NCBI GenBank assembly: GCA_964016885.1
Contig: OZ024749.1
Coordinates: forward strand, 2,790,001 to 2,854,000
DNA from: Eledone cirrhosa
Taxonomy: Eukaryota
Length of the DNA stretch: 64,000 nucleotides
Reading direction: 5' to 3'
Below, piece after piece: positions 60,455 through 64,000 of this stretch. The notes under the pieces were generated by a model. It saw only the letters and a list, made by a program, of their open reading frames with translations. It made no database searches and was not told where the DNA came from. Positions within the stretch are counted from its first letter, which is position 1. Every line of letters starts with the position of its first letter. A program made the position numbers and the translations under genes.

Positions 60455-62112
60455 TATATACATACATACACCGCTTTTACTCTCTGTCTTAGTATAACAT
60501 TTTTTTTTTTTCATAATTATTTTTTACTTTTACTACTTCTATTTACGAGTTTTTGTTTTGTTGTCTGCTAGTGTTAGAAATCTGTTCAATCTATATGATG
60601 TGTAAGTGTCGATATGGTAAGTTATTACATACATTCTTTACAAAATATAATTCGCTCTTTTTTCCAGCAAACCAATCGATTGAAACAATATGTTTTGTAT
60701 TCTTACAAAGTCTACAAAGTAATATAGTTGCCGTTTATTCATGAATAAGTGGCATGATCTCATTGCAGATACCACAATAACAAACTTGAATAGCTAATAT
60801 CAAAACAAATCAACATTATGACATACATTTCTTCCCTCGAACAATATACAGTGCACCCTCGGCATATGTGGTCCCGATTATTCGCGGAATTTTCCTTAGA
60901 ACCTAACTAATAATTGTTCGTGGAAACCACCGCATATTCGCGGAATTGTATATATCTTCCCCGATATTTTTATGGCTGTTTTCGTGGCAATATAATTTGT
61001 TCACGCTTTTTAACTCTAATTTATTAAAAACAATATGTCCGTCTATATTTTACGTCATGTTTTGACGTTTAAAGGTATTTGTATTGGCCACGACCAATAT
61101 TCGAGGGGTTTCACTATTTGCTGTTGTTCTAGGAACGTAACCCTCGCTAATACCGAGGGACAACTGATTCCACGTTTTTCACTTACTGGGAGTGCTAGAC
61201 AATCCACTAGAGACAGCAGCCAAATAAATTCCAATACAGCATACCGTTTTATCTGTGAATGGATATCCAGTGAAACATACTTTGGGGAAGTCACAGACGT
61301 GTAATTCCCTGCAGTGAATGTGTGTGTCCTTGTGTGTGTGTAGAGTATATCTGTGTGTGTGAGTGTGTGTCGTGGCAGCATCAACTTCATAGAAAACTCT
61401 TCTTTCCAAACCGCTGGTCAATCAAGTATGTTTAGGTGTTAAACAGATGAACAAGTAGAACAACCAGAGCGAAATAAATATTAAACACATTTGTGATATT
61501 TTTCTTCATTTCAACACTATGAGTTCAAAATCCACCGAATGATAAACTAGTAGTTTAGAATGTTACCTAAAGGAGAGTAGGAGACTGGTTTGTGGTGATA
61601 ATATCGTGGTTTCGATTCATTGAGAGCGTGGTGTGTTGTCTTCTTTGACTAAAACACTTCATTTTACGTTGACCCAATACACTATGCTGAATATGAAAAC
61701 AAGTAGTAAATCAAGTTAACCCTGCGATAAACTGGCATCTTCTTTTAGTGAAGGAGTGGACTGCTTTCTATTCTCCCAATTGTTTAACATCTGTAAACCT
61801 ATGATAGGCACCTATCTGCTGTCTTTGGGAGGAAGAAAATTAAATTGGCCTATTTAGTAAGGTGGTATAAATTATAACTGGTGGTATCTGTAATGGCTTT
61901 ATATGTTCAACATCACACCGGCAAAATAGATAAAATGTTTATTTAAATGAAATGTTTTTATGAGAAAAATAGAGCCGTTATGCGGAATACAACCAGGAAA
62001 CCTCTTATGAAATGACATCTCATGAGTTGAGAAGACCGCTACAGTGTTGCAAGCCCTAACATCTATCACAGCACTTCCTTTGAAATATTTCATGTCTTAG
62101 ACAATATATATA

Positions 62113-62216
62113 CAGGGTGTCCCCGCCAAAATATATACACACTTTGATTACCTATACAGACAATATTTCTTAGAATGTTGTTGAAGTGTGTAAACACGTT
62201 TTGGGGGTAGCTCTGT
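62113..62216. mobile_element. Tiny Tc1/mariner-type MITE
   Basis: TA|CAGGGTGTCCCC...tacacactt and aagtgtgta...ggggtagctCTG|TA imperfect TIRs; a similar TIR at 22130-22153. Confidence 0.55.
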
Positions 62217-63325
62217 ATAATATACAGTGTGTACTATATAATCTGCCGGAGAAATTATCAGATAACTTATTAAATGAATGTTTAAGTGATTACGTCATCC
62301 ACAATCTGGTGTGTGTGTGTGTGGGGGGGGGGGGTCAATCACACGCTATGTGTGTCTTTATCATAGAGCCTCATGTGGTCCTATATCCTTTCAGAGAAAT
62401 TGGGTAGATAGAAACTGTGTGGAAAGGCTTTGAATTGACTGTACCTATAATGAAGTAATCATACATTCCCTCATATTCTGTCAGAGCAAATCGCTTTGGG
62501 GATTATGTTAAGAGTACACGTGTCTGTGGAATACAGAACCACTTAGACATTAATTCACCTCGTGCAATGTCCCTCTATATAACACAAATAAACATGATAA
62601 TTGTTGCACATAAGGCCTTATATTAGGCGGTGAATGTGATAGAGTCGTTATGTAGTTCAAGTATAATTGTTACTGTAATAGGTCTGGTTCTCCTCAATCT
62701 CAGTTCCAATCCTCCCGTAGTCATCTATGTCTTTTATCTTTCGAAGGTCGATAAATGAAGTTCTAGCCTAACATTGATGACGCTTAATCACATTTTTCTC
62801 TTTCTATCTTTACTATTTCTATATCATTCTTTCTCTCTCTATCCTTGATTCCTATGTCTTTACCCCTCTCTCTGACTCTCTCTCACTCACACCACCCATC
62901 TGTCTTTCTTCATCTTTCTCTCTTTCTATCACCCTCCACCTAACTTTCTCTCTCTCTTTCTATCCCCCTCCACCTAACTCTCTCTCTATATATAATATAT
63001 ACGATATATATATAATATATACGATATATACGCATGCAAGCAGATACACATTTACAAACACACACACCCACCCACACACATACATACACAGATACACAGA
63101 CCTATGCAAATATAAGAGTACGTGAGTGTTTGGTACCTGAATTTGTTAAGACGGTGATGATGAAATAGATGACTATATATAGACCTGGCTAACTCTGTTG
63201 TCATTGGGTACCTTCCTCGTCTGTCAAGTTGTGTTCTTCTCTAAAGTACAGGACGGATTTCTTCCAGACAAAGAAAGAATGAGTGAGAGAAAGAGAGAGA
63301 GAGAGTTAGGCGGAGGGGGAGAGAA

Positions 63326-63378
<53 letters not shown>

Positions 63379-63427
63379 TACATATATATATGAAACGATA
63401 TATATATATATGAAACGATATGGTGAA

Positions 63428-63585
63428 TCCATACGTGCATATATATATGTGTGCATGTATGTATATATATATATATATACATACTACTGTACGTCGGTAT
63501 ACATATATGTATGTACGTGTACATAGTTATATTTAAGTAACAGCCGTACTAAGAGTGGGAAATGAAATATTGTTTCATTTTTTCC

Positions 63586-63656
<71 letters not shown>

Positions 63657-63801
63657 TATATATATATATATATATGCATATATATATAAGTTGAAATAAA
63701 ATGAAAACGAATTTCATTTCTCACTCTTAGTACGGCACTTACTTAAATGTAAGTATGTGTGTATACGTACATACATATATGTATACAGACGTACAGTAGC
63801 A

Positions 63802-63865
<64 letters not shown>

Positions 63866-64000
63866 TATACATACAGGTACACATACATATATGCACGTAT
63901 CAGTTTAGCGGACGCTTATTATAACGCCGCTTTGTTCGTTTGTAAACAAACTGAACAGCCTGAATTTTTATGCCGTACGGTGTTAAGGCAACCACGTCAC
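63428..64000. mobile_element. Two dispersed copies of the 471-bp unit family, tail-to-tail (+ 63428-63590 diverged; - 63691-64000, running off the window)
   Basis: ctaagagtg.gaaatgaaat on plus; reverse complement ...cagtttagcgg.cgcttattataacg...gttaaggcaaccacgtcac. Confidence 0.9.

Overview
This is eukaryotic, AT-rich, microsatellite-saturated DNA with one 200-N gap. The SINE families and repeat landscape suggest an octopus or other coleoid cephalopod (inference). I can support no host protein-coding exon; nearly all long ORFs are artefacts of (TA)/(TATG)/(CA) repeats. The real coding content is retroelement-derived: an R4/Dong-type RLE LINE 3' end, three Tx1/L1-type 3' ends, a 5'-truncated Penelope-like (Naiad-type) RT+GIY-YIG ORF, a near-intact RTE LINE with one nonsense codon, a frameshifted CR1-type LINE and a Tc1/mariner remnant. 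There are also a non-autonomous Helitron and about 15 tRNA-derived SINEs. The main find is a homogeneous array of 12 units of ~471 bp (42.2-48.2 kb). Each unit carries a type I hammerhead ribozyme with a palindromic, probably dimer-dependent stem III and an ATGCAAAT octamer. The array has an inverted leading copy and sits ~3 kb from the Penelope-like ORF, so it looks like a retrozyme / satellite-2-like system. At least eight more hammerhead motifs lie in dispersed Penelope-type fragments, several within inverted repeats.
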